Part shown: piece by piece, positions 51,089-62,495 of the stretch
Numbering within the stretch: position 1 is the first letter of the stretch
Layout of the letters: each line of letters starts with the position of its first letter
Assembly (NCBI GenBank): GCA_965645245.1
Contig: OZ287081.1
Span: forward strand, 558,001-622,000
Direction: 5' to 3'
Length of the DNA stretch: 64,000 nt
Origin: Massalongia carnosa
Taxonomy: Eukaryota
Translations under genes and position numbers: made by a program
Notes under the pieces: generated by a model
What the model saw: the letters and a program-made list of their open reading frames with translations, nothing else
Database searches by the model: none
What the model was told of the DNA's origin: nothing

Positions 51089-52627
51089 ATGTCGCAACGC
51101 CCAACGATAAAACTCAAACTTACAACAACCTCAAAACCACCGGCACCTTTATCAGACTCCACTCCCTCGTCAGGCATTCCCAAACTAAAACTTAAATTCA
51201 ATAGTACCTCCAAGCCCTCTGCTGTTCCGACATCTACCCCTACGAGCGCTCCAAAAGCTAAAGCAACCCGTAAACCCAAGAAGGAAAAACCAATTCGCAT
51301 TAGCACCCCAACTTCAAAAAAGCGAGACCTCGCTGCTTCAACCCTAAGTGATGAAGAAGACGACGAGACTACTTTAGTATCAAAATCTGCTTCATTTTCA
51401 AAACCCACGAAGTTGACGGTTAAACAAACACGGGGTCCTTCCATTCCATTTATCCGTCTTAAGGCCATCGGCAAACCTCCCATACGCCACTTTGGTGTTG
51501 GGTACGACAGTGAAGCTTCAGATCGCGAAGACGATCCTGCCGAAGAGGATGAATTCATATTGCGCATGGCGCCTGGCCCAGATTGTGACTATCTACGACA
51601 AGCTGTCATCGATAAGCGATTTGGACCGAAGTCCGAAGGGGGAGCGGACGTGCGGATGCGGTTCTTAAGAGCCGATGGGCGTAGAGCGGTTGTTACTATT
51701 CAAGGACGACACTATGCAGCCTGTTTGGTTGACCTACCCTGTATTATCGAGGGGATGAAAAGTTGGGATAAGAGGGGTTGGTGGAAGAGCGCTGATATTT
51801 GCCAGATGCTGCTTGTACTAGGGAGGATAGAGAGGGAGGAAGAGGCTCTCGTTTATTCCCTACCGACGCGAGATTTAGACGAGAAAACCTGGCAATATGC
51901 GCATGGGTTGACCCCGCCAATGCGATGGGTCCGGAGAAGGCGGTTCAGAAAACGGGTTAGTAATCGAACCATAGAAGCTGTTGAAGAAGAAGTAGAAAGA
52001 TTATGTAAAGAGGATGACGAATGCGAAGGCGAAAGCCGCTATGAGGTTCTTGACCTTGATCAACTAACCCGGGAGCAGAGCGCGGTGGAGGAGGAAAATG
52101 GAGGCTATAATATACTCAGCAATTCTGAGACGCAAGGGGCCTTTGAATACGGCGAGCAGGATGCAGAAGGGGAAGTGGACGATATTACTGAATTCTTCCA
52201 AGGCACTGGGGATGATGACTGGGACGACGGTTTAGAGGCCGACCTCGAGCGTGCAATGATGATGGACTATGAGACTAACGAACCTTCCGGATCCACAGCT
52301 ACCCTAACTCAGCCTCCGCTCGCACTGGCAGAATCCCCTTCTATGATTGTTACGCCTTTGAAGGACGACAGCGGCGATGAGGAAGAATCATCCGATGAAG
52401 ACGCCGAGGCCTCCGACATTGATGAGGACGCACGGGAACGGCAGCAGGACTTGCAGCGGCAGCAGGAAGAAATCGCAGATTTGGAGGCTGCTATCAAGAG
52501 CCAGGAAGTGGAGTTGGGACGGCTACAAACCCCTATTCTGAGGCAAAAACTCGTGAAGAAGATACAGGGGTTACAAGTAGACTTGGGCCTCAAGATGGCG
52601 GCAATAGGACAGGGCGATGATGATTAG
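51089..52627 (+). CDS. TAF7: TFIID subunit Taf7 (TAFII55_N domain)
   Basis: EDEFILRM, LVDLPCIIEGMKSWD..WWKSADICQMLL and HGLTPPMRWVRRRRFRKR, followed by an acidic region and a C-terminal coiled coil. Single exon. Confidence 0.92.
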   Translation: MSQRPTIKLKLTTTSKPPAPLSDSTPSSGIPKLKLKFNSTSKPSAVPTSTPTSAPKAKATRKPKKEKPIRISTPTSKKRDLAASTLSDEEDDETTLVSKSASFSKPTKLTVKQTRGPSIPFIRLKAIGKPPIRHFGVGYDSEASDREDDPAEEDEFILRMAPGPDCDYLRQAVIDKRFGPKSEGGADVRMRFLRADGRRAVVTIQGRHYAACLVDLPCIIEGMKSWDKRGWWKSADICQMLLVLGRIEREEEALVYSLPTRDLDEKTWQYAHGLTPPMRWVRRRRFRKRVSNRTIEAVEEEVERLCKEDDECEGESRYEVLDLDQLTREQSAVEEENGGYNILSNSETQGAFEYGEQDAEGEVDDITEFFQGTGDDDWDDGLEADLERAMMMDYETNEPSGSTATLTQPPLALAESPSMIVTPLKDDSGDEEESSDEDAEASDIDEDARERQQDLQRQQEEIADLEAAIKSQEVELGRLQTPILRQKLVKKIQGLQVDLGLKMAAIGQGDDD

Positions 52628-53502
52628 TATCGCTGCTTTGCAAAAAACTAATGCTGGAAGATGGCCGGCAGACTATATGGTCCGCAAGCCATTGTATACC
52701 TGAAGCTTCAGATTTAAGAGTCTAGAATACCGAATATCTTACTATCCATCGTATTCACATTTGCAGCATCACCAGTCTCAACCATGCATGACCACAATAG
52801 CCTTTCCTCTCCTCACCATACCCCTCTTTTCACTATACTCTCATCAAAATTTACTCAGCCACAGCTGCATGCCCTGAAGTATAATAGCTCGAAAACCAAG
52901 AGATTCTCCTGCATTAGCACAAGTGAGGGGTGAAAACTAATAAGTGAGAAGCCAACCAATTGGCTAGCAGAGTCTGGGAAAGTTTGCCATAAACCGCTCG
53001 CTTTATTGCCGTGCCTATCTTCTTGCCGCCGAGGTTATGGTCAATAGCCTCATTCGCGACATGTCTTAACAGCTGGACAAAACTGTATAATTTGAGTCTT
53101 GAAGATAAAAGAGGCTGGCAAACCTTGATCATTTTCTGTCTAAAGACTCACTAGTCGCTGTATCAACGAAAAGTTACCTGTTCAGGCCTTTCAGAGTTCG
53201 ATAACCGATGTTAAGGTCTATGGCATACTTATCTATCGTGCTTTCTAAGAGTGACTGATTGATTTGAGAAATTACGGTTGCCGAGTCCAGATACTGTATC
53301 TTAGAGATCTTGGCGCGCAGTTGTTTCATGCCATGTTGTTATCATATATACAGAACGGTGCTTTGAGGTGAAGGATTTTCACAGTATCAATCACTCTGAA
53401 GATCATTTCAGGGGTCGACGAGACCCCACAGCCAGGGCAACTAGTTGCAGACGCAACGACTGTTTAACAGCGTCTATCAATTTTTTCTCTTCCTTTTTGC
53501 AA

Positions 53503-54871
53503 ATGTCAGGATTATCACCACCACCATCTGGTGCAAGTACTGGATGGAATGCCCACACCCCGTCTGAAGGCAGCACCAATGGCGGTAGTAGCAGTGGTAT
53601 GAGCTCGCGCCTAAACACCAGCTTTCCGAAGGGGCTGATAGACAGAAATACTACCAAAGGTTGTTACGCTGCGCCTGCGATTTTTGAATCCGGTTCTGAT
53701 CAATGAACAGCAGGGCAACCTCAGAAGCGGCGAGGCCCAAAGCCAGACAGTAAGCCCGCGGTAACAAGACGACAGGAACTGAACCGCCAAGCTCAACGGT
53801 CAGCATACAGGGTTTTATTACGGAGACTATATAGTGATCTAGGGGCTAAATTTTCTGTTTAGAACTCATCGGGAACGGAAAGAGTACCATATGAAAGAGC
53901 TTGAACTTCAAGTCGTGCTCGCTAAACAGGCTCATACGGATGATATTCAGAAGAAAATCGCCGTTGAAGAAGAGAACCGAATGCTGAAACAGATTCTTGA
54001 TCTCCATAATATTCATTACCTCACTCGGCCTAGGAAATCTACCTCCTTGCAAAGTAACCGACAAGATGATGACAGCATGGAAATCAATGCCTTTGACTTT
54101 AGCCAGACTCCAGCCACTACGAACGTCTCCACACATACTTCTACCTTCATGCCTGAAGAAACCCTTACTCAGGCCCCCGCACTTGCTTCTCCCTTAATGC
54201 GTGAATCGACAGCGTATACGCCCGAGTTCGAGAAAAATGTACAGACACTAAACTTGCAGGATACCCTGGACTACAACGAGATCGCGTTGACATTCATCTT
54301 AAAGTCAGTTTTTGTTGTTAGCCAGGAAAACTCCTTGGCCCAATCCACTACTGGAGTCCCGTGCTAATCTAGCGGTGAATAGGCTTGAAGAAACATGCGC
54401 AGACCACGTTGACGACGTATGTGTCCCAGCCCAATACCATCCACATGGTTCGATGAACGGACATACGTTGATGGTTTCCTCTGGCAACGTTCAAGACCGA
54501 GAAATTTTGAAGGAAAATCTTAGGAATTTACTTGATCTTAGCCTGAAGCTACCTCTTGAAGGAGAGATTACTCCTATCATGGCTTGGGTACTCATTGCCT
54601 CAAACGCACGATTTCATGAATTGACGCGAGCTGACTTTACGGCGCTTGGGATTGAATTGAAGCGAAAGACAAGGTGTTATGGGTAAGTATTGGCGCTCCG
54701 GTCTCCTGGCCTGTTCATTTATTATGCAGGCGCGGGTCGATCATATTGGTCTGTAACTCTGTCATAACTAACTCGTGTAGGTTTGGATCTGCTCTCGAAG
54801 ACTTTGAAGTCCGAGACGCCCTCAGTAACGTATTTGCCACCAAACTGGAGAGCTATGTGAGATTCACTTAA
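53503..54871 (+). CDS. flbB: FlbB-like bZIP transcription factor, multi-exon
   Basis: Spliced basic region GQPQKRRGPKPDSKPAVTRRQELNRQAQR|THRERKE. C-terminal LEGEITPIMAW and KTRCYG|FGSALEDFEVRDAL, as recalled for FlbB. Confidence 0.7.
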
Positions 54872-55915
54872 ATCTTCCTCTACGTTCTTGAAATTGCGCT
54901 TTGTTTTTGCAGCTTGTCCTTGCGACGGATCTCCAGTATTTGCTGACGTGATTGCAATTTGTTCAGTAGACCTTGTTCTACTGGCAAGGCTGCGTGAAAC
55001 GCATGAGCGCGAGAGAATTCATATGTCAACGTAGCCATGTAAGGCTACTGTTAGCCAGGGCTCCTTCGCTCCATGTTTAGGTATTCTTTGAGTCTGGTCC
55101 CATGTATCTGTGGCATTCAGTCTGGAAGAGTAAATGCTATCATCTTCCCTGGATCATTCTCTCCACCACAAATCTAGTCCTGCGGCAGCAGCAGCAGCAT
55201 GCTGGGACACAGGTACCATATGGAGTCCGGAGTACTCAATACATGTTCACGAAAGTTCTTACCTTTTGCAGAATCGGGGCCTTGCAGAATCGGGGGCCTT
55301 TGTGGCACAGCTGGCCCTGAATAAGTTTTTATTCTGTAACCAATGATCATCATGATGCGTGCCTCGTGCCTCGTGCCTCGTACCTTTTATCTTAGCCGGG
55401 TCATGATATGGCACGATATGATCACCCAACCGATAGTTGTTGGTACGTACGGATACGAACCAGCACTTCCCAGCAGTGTGGTTTGCGTGTTAGATTCATA
55501 GGATGGCCCCTCATCAGCCTTTAAGCCTGGGGCATATGGATGAGCTCTTATGCTCGATCTTGTCCCTATATAGCTTAGTTCTCCATCTTCTCGCTACGGG
55601 ACGATCTTGATGATTTATTTTTCCTACAAAATTTCCCTACATGTCCCATCTCTGTCCCAGAGAGGCTTGGGAATCATTGCTTTAGGTCTAGAAGTTCGCT
55701 AACCCAAGTCCAAGAAGATAGTGTCCCAGCCCCTAGTTTACTCAACGAGGAGCTCAATGGGAAGCTTGGTTATGCTCTTGTGCTCTGGCTGGTAAGACGA
55801 CGTTGCTCTATAAAATGGCGGTTGGGTCCTGAGCATAACGATTTATTCTTCATCCGGTTAATTGTACCTTTCTGTAACCTTTCCTCGTTGAAGCGATATT
55901 TCCTCGCTCTAAGCT

Positions 55916-57570
55916 ATGGGTATTCTGCGCTTAGGAACAGTGCTGTTGTCCGTTCAGTTGGGCCTTGAAGCTCTCGCTCTGTCGACCGGCAAAATTTTCT
56001 CCAGATATGATTCCAAGCATATTGTGAACGAGACTGTCTGTGATCATGGACACTATCAGTATCGAGGACTTGCCGGATATGGCTTGATTCCCTCCAATGC
56101 CCGCGACAAGTTCGGGGACACGATAGGTGGCATTGGGAGTGCCATTGCACTCGAGCGCAAGTCTTGGAAGAAGACGAAGGGGGGAGACTACACGGGAATC
56201 CTATGGGGGCTGACAGATAGAGGCTGGTACGATCCTGCAACAGTCAGAACGGGATTGATAAGCAAGAGCACTAACCATCTTCAAGGAATACCCAAGGAAC
56301 CCTCAATTACCAAACTCGTGTCCATAAGTTTTGTATAACCTTTACACCAAAGCCCGACGCTACCGTCGCCCATCCCTGTGGTCCAAACTTGCAACTCAAA
56401 TATCTTGACACGGTGCTATTTACTGGTCCTGATGGTACCCCAACTACCAGCCTCGACCCCGACGCAGCAGGGCACATCACATATCCAGGCTTTCCCGAGC
56501 TCCCTGTGGCCACCTATCCGGGAGATGGGTTTGGCCATCCTGGCCCGGGCGGCAAACGTATCCCTATCGACGGTGAAGGCCTAGTTCTCAATGCAGATGG
56601 GGGATTTTGGGTCAGCGATGAATATGGCCCCTATATCTACAAGTTTTCCGCCACCGGCCGTATGGAACGAGCCATCGCGCCGCCAGGAGCTTTTCTACCA
56701 CAAAGGAACGGTAGCACGAGCTTCAGCGCGGATTCACCCCCAATCTATGACCCTACGCGAATCGTCATCCCCGCCGATACTGTCAGCGGTCGCAACAACA
56801 ACCAAGGATTCGAAGGCGTGGCTGTTACCGATGGCGGCCACACCCTCTATGCCCTCATGCAATCCGCTCTAGACCAGGAAGGCGGCCCTAGCAACCCTTT
56901 CCGTCGTCAAGCCCGCTTGGTGGAGTACGACATTAGCCACTCCGATTCCGATCCACGGTACGTGGCCGAGTACGTCGTCACCCTCCCTCTCTGGACCGAC
57001 CCTACCGCCAGCCCCGATAAAGCCACCAAAGTTGCCGCCCAGTCGTCAATCGAGGCCCTCGGCGACGGTGTTTTCCTCATTCTTGCCCGCGATTCCGGTG
57101 CCGGCCATGGCCAATCCTCCAGCCTGAGCATCTACCGCCATGCCGACATCTTCAGCATCTCTTCCAACTCGGACGCGACCAACATCAAATCTTCCACAAA
57201 CGACGCCGTGGGCGCCGCCATCGCGTCTAAGACTGGCGTGCTGAACCCAGGGATCAAAGCCGCCACCTACTGCTCTTTCCTCGACTTCAACCTCAACAGC
57301 GAGCTCGGCAAATTCGGCCTGCATAACGGCGGCGCGCAGGACCAGATGTTGCTAAATGAGAAGTGGGAAAGTTTAGCTCTAGCCCCTATCGATGGGGAAG
57401 AGGGCAAGGATGGCGAGTGGTTCCTCATCAGCATGAGTGATAACGACTTCATCACTCAGGACGGCCATTTTCAGGGGGGGGCTTTCAAATACGCGGATAA
57501 ATCTGGGTATAATCTGGATAACCAGGTACTGGTATTTGATGTTACCTTGCCGAAGAGTTCGACCCCATGA
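55916..57570 (+). CDS. Secreted 'esterase-like activity of phytase' family beta-propeller protein; intron 56227-56285
   Basis: Signal peptide, then TIGGIGSAI, LTDRGW|NT, IDGEGL, WVSDEYGPYIY, NNQGFEG, LNEKWESLAL and SDNDF. Confidence 0.9.
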
Positions 57571-58848
57571 GTTAAGTTTTTCTATTTTTATTTTTAACTC
57601 CAACTTGAGGTGAGTAAAGAATTTTGACAGAAGCGATGGATTTCATTTATAATCTTACTCCCGCTGCTTGCGTGTGAGTGGGGGTTGCATCAGTGGGGCT
57701 GCCTATCTCTGATTTATCCATCGCTCTTTTTCTCCAGGCGAACTGCTTTCTGCCAGCATGCAGCAATTATGTAAATCCAAGCCTAGAGCGTATTTACGAG
57801 TCAGGTATGGTCTATGGGTAGTTTTTGATTAAGATAATGAATAACAAAGGAAATAATCGTGCGGATCTCTCGTCTTCTTTGCTGATATGTATACTTTGAC
57901 CTCTTTCCTCAATTCTTTCCTCCTTTCTCATCTCCATCGTCATTTCCCATTCCCTTCCTCTCTCCCTATCCTTTTGTGCTCAAGAACCCCCCCCCCCTCT
58001 CGGCTGTTCCGAGTACCTAATCTTCATTTTTTTCTTCATTTTCATCTCTACTTCTACTTACATTCGCCAACCGAGCCGGCAAGAACGAGTAAAGGGAGCA
58101 CAGTGACGGTTGAATTGCCAGTTTGATCAAAGCTTCGGATATCAAATACAGGCAGAAAGATTTGCGCATCGAGCAAATAACAAATCCACCAACGCTCCCG
58201 AGAATGTTTGGGAGGTTGCTGATCGGATATCCTAAGAGTTACATACTTACTCCAGGCATAGCATGCAAAACCTCCAGGTCCACTCCGCCACACCATCAAA
58301 CACACTGATCCGCACCCCTGTTGTTGAGGCCACTACTTGTGGGTGAGAAGTGAGGGCGAAGATGGGTAACTAGCTTATTTGGACATAAATCTGTACTCTG
58401 CTCACGTCATGATCAATTCTCCGCTTAATGCCCTTAGATAATCCCATATTTTTTAAAGGCATCCATCTTACTCTATACTTTTCGTATCTTGTCTTCATCG
58501 TCGAAATCAACCTCTATCAAAACTCAAGAGTCTCTGTAGAGTGAAGCGCCACCTGGCCCCAATCTTGTTCCATTCTCGTCACATGATGAGGGTGGCCAAC
58601 ACCATGAACTTCGATTTAACTCACCACATTCTTTATCCAAAAACCCCCATCGGTGAAACTAGTGTCCGACATGGAGATCTATATGCACGAGTAAGATTCC
58701 TTTCTCGTTGACAAGGAATCGAAATGAAGGGCATTCGTTGAAGAAAAGTAAACCACCGGAATACGCAAAGACCTTGATGAGGGATGTAAAACTCCGGGGG
58801 AAAACAAAGCTCTAGTCATAGAAAATTACGCCCCTCCACCCTACCCAG

Positions 58849-59544
58849 CTATTCCCCAGCCCCCACAAACCCTCTCCCCTCCCCTCTAACAGCACCTTCC
58901 ACATCCACCCCTCCCCATCGCCCATCACCACCCCCCTTCCCAATTTTTCCCTGCCGTGTTCTCTCTTCCTTAATCTTCTCCTGCTCCTCTTTCTTCCGCT
59001 CCAAATCTGCGGCCAGATCCTCCTGTTCGCCGAACCCGGACTTGTTCTTTTGCGCGTGGGAGACTTCGGCTTCGCCGTAGGTGGCTAGCTGTTCGCCCTC
59101 GGTGGTTGATGCGGGGGTAGGGGAGATCTAGGATAGGTGGAAAGAAGGATGGAAAGGGATGTTAGTTGGACGAGGGGTATTTTTGGAGCGTGGAAGATGG
59201 GATGAAGATAAGGATCGAAAGTTCATGCTGTGCTGGAATTTCCCCGCAACCAACGCTCTTCCTCCTCACCAAGCTCCATCAAGAGGCAAAAGGACACCGA
59301 AACAGACCTCATCTCCACGATCCCCTTTGTCGTCCCTCGCTCCGTAGGCCAATGCGCTGGGCGTTGGATCGATTCCCCCATCCGAGGAGTTGGGTGATTG
59401 CAAACCGTGGGGTGTACGAGTTTCAGCCGTGGGATCTGAGGTGGAGGGGGAAGCCGAGGTCTCATCAGGCTTGTGGGTGGCTGGATTGGAGTACTGCTTG
59501 TAGGATGCGCTTAGTGGGGGTTGGGCTGGGTGAGGGGAAGACAT
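58849..59544 (-). CDS. Small hydrophilic fungal hypothetical protein, probably 2 exons
   Basis: Exon 1 is MSSPHP..PSALAYG..DE before a GTCTGT donor. Exon 2 is ATYGEAEVSHAQKNKSGFGEQEDLAADLERKKEEQ to TAG at 58849. Confidence 0.55.
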
Positions 59545-60125
59545 TAGATATTTTGGAGAAAGGTGGAGGAGAAGGGGGAGGTTGGGATATGTTGTTGTGG
59601 AAGTAAGTATTTTGACCGATGGGGATTAATTTTCTTCAGTCACACTTTACGAAAGCCAAATTGCAAATGGGTAGTTCGGTGAGTTATAACGAAGTAGAAA
59701 TCCAGGATGCTAGGTGGTGGATATCTAAAAGATGCTTAAGGGTCAACCCGCATCAACCATTTGACATGACATCATGTTAGGCTCCGAATCAATTGAAATC
59801 GACCAGAGTATGCGACTAGATAGACAGCCCCCCTAAGAACGTTCTGTCAGCAACAAACCCCAGTATGTAACACGTCCAGAGTTTGCTTGTCAGCTACAAG
59901 CAGCATGCCAATCCGCATAGTTAAGTCGGAAGCGAATTCACACCTGAGAAGTCCCTTGACAATTTAGTCTCGTCGGGATGGATGGGATGGGGTGATGGGG
60001 TGAGGGGAGTGCTATTTGTAGTGATGTCTAGGTAAATATTGGGATTTGGAACCCTTCAGTTTAGGGGGTATTTTTTAATTTCCAAAAAAAGGGGCTCTCT
60101 TAAGATAAGTACGGGAGACAAGGTA

Positions 60126-60210
60126 ACCGTGCGACCGAGGTAAATCCGATGGACCGCACCCGGAGCGTAGCTCCGGGTGCGGTCCATCGGATTTACCTCG
60201 GTCGCACGGT
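60126..60210. mobile_element. 85-bp palindromic mini-element made of the Fot1-element termini, TA-flanked
   Basis: Two 41-bp perfect arms identical to the outer 41 bp of the TIR at 11750, a 3-nt GTA loop, and TA at 60124-25 and 60211-12. Confidence 0.92.
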
Positions 60211-60677
60211 TAGGGGGAGATTTCTTTCTGTTTTGGACGCTGCTAGCATATGTCTTGAGGCGCCTGATGGATATGGGAAATTTTATCCTTTTCAATGGTA
60301 GTCTCGTAGCGAATGGGTCTGTAGGTTCATTATCAGGGAGCTTTCTTAAGGATTGTTTACTTTTGAAGCTGCTTGTGTATGCTGCCGAGTATTCCAACAC
60401 ATACTACTCTACGTATTGTGATAACAAATGAAATCGGTTCATCGTTACTAGCGAAGAACTGAGGCACTCTGAAGGATGTTTGATAAAGTGACTCCATAAT
60501 GCAGAATGAAATTATCTACGTCGATGATGAAATGATAATTTAGTTCCACACATGACACTAGCGAATTCTTATTCGCCGAAGTAACCAGATCATGCCTTTT
60601 ATGGATCATTATGTTGAACCTGGACGTAAGTAAACAAAAACATCAATAAATTCTGTCCACCTCTCTTATCGCTAGAT

Positions 60678-60975
60678 ATGGCCGCTCAATCTGATTTCGA
60701 GCGACTTTCTGAAGCGTTTACCACCGCTTCTACAGTATGTAATACTGCCTCTCATGAAATAGCTCACATCCCAAATGTTCCTACTTTCAATGACGGACAG
60801 CGTCTTTTCGAAGCGATCAACAGCTTAACTACTACTGTTGAAAGCCTTAAACTAACATCGAAGCCAAGTTCAGCACTATCGAAGCCAAAGTCACCGCTCT
60901 CGAAACCAGGTTCACCGCTCTGGAAACCACCATTGATCGTCGGTTTGGCAAGCTTGAGGACCGTATAAGTGCAGA
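60678..60975 (+). pseudogene. Small coiled-coil protein with 21-bp (heptad) tandem repeats; 1-nt frameshift at about 60850
   Basis: The corrected frame gives TNIEAKFSTIEAKVTALETRFTALETTIDRRF after an EIAHIPNVPTFNDG motif. The frameshift lies in an A-run, so it could be an assembly error. Confidence 0.45.
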
Positions 60976-62495
60976 GTAAAACCATCTTCACATTTTCCCA
61001 AAATATTATACGTACTTGCTTCATCATTCCCAGTCTTTATTTTCCATCTTCTAACAAAGCCGAACTCCTGTATCTCTAATATATATATCGTCCCATTTTT
61101 CCTTAGCGATTTGGAGTTTCCACACCCGCAGCTAATTTACGCCCACAAAATCTCCCCATCGTAATCGGTCAAAAGGACTGTGCACATAACTAAATCTCAA
61201 AGCTCTGAATCCCTCACGCCAACTTCATTCTCCAACCCTGCCTACCTCTCCTCACAACCTTGGAATGCCAACGTCACCACCTATACAATAAGCTCCCCCT
61301 CTTTGTGACAATATTCATTCACCTTCACGTTGCGCATGAGTGCTCCAGGCCATATGCACCAAAAGGGCCTTCTACAGCCATTGACTTCCTCCAATTACCC
61401 CTACCCTCCCTAGCTTTTATGATACAGCAAAAGTCTTATAAAGGAGGCGATAAGGTATGAGGAGAGGTGGGGGGTGGGTATGTGGGGGAAGCAGCATCAC
61501 GTTGGGGGATTTCAGGCGTATGGGAGCATATATTGCTGTTTCGTATGTACCTAACCTGTTCAGCCTCGCCGGACTCAGGGAAAGGGGTGGAATAGGAATA
61601 GAACCCGCTTTGTTGCATAATTATCAGGAGTTATAGGGCTTGCTTCTTTTCTTTTTATTGAACGGCCTTGTCTAGGCAATTAAAGTCTCACGTTTGCATC
61701 ATCTGGATTACAATTAATTACCCTCGTACCGTGACAATGAACTCCAACGTTTTTAAACCAGTTCTTGATTTTTATGCGAAATGCAATCGGTTTACTTTGT
61801 CACGATGTGAGGACAATTGTGATTCAGGTGGTGCAAACGTGAGACATGATTGTCTAGTTAAATAGACAAGACGTTTGACAAGAAAAAAAGAAAGCAAGTG
61901 AACAAAAAGACGCGCCAATAACTCCTGATAGTTAATCTCATGACCGTATTCGTTGTACCGACAAGCCATAATTATCGCCCGTGACACTTAGCGGCGTTTA
62001 AAATCCTAACTCCCGCCTTAGTAACCCGAAGTGGTAGTCTCGCGCAGCGAGAAATAATTCTATTTTGAAGCAATTTAAACCGTCAAATAGAGCATCCTTC
62101 AACGAGTAGACCCGTGCCTGAATTGTCTGATTTGATGTGCTGTGAAGTGTAGGATCGCCGTGCAAAACCGACGCGCTTGGCCCTGGTCGTTGCGAAAGTC
62201 GACATTTGCGCTTCGCAATCGAACCACAAAGGGGTTTTGCTAGAATTTTGAAACTGGGTTTGCTGAAAAGAGCTTCTTCTGAATAGAAGAAGCATCTTAC
62301 CCGGAGTAGAATTAACGTAGCGCTGGTGGCGCGATACGTGGTGCAGTTGCACGCCTCGTCACAAGATGTCCCACCCAGTCACAGGAACGAGAAGGAGGTA
62401 CTACGGGCACATTACGAGTGATCGCTTCTTAGTAGGAACGGTGTTACAGGCCTCCATGGCTAGTACTCGTAGAGAGAAAGAGAGGTACCATTGGC

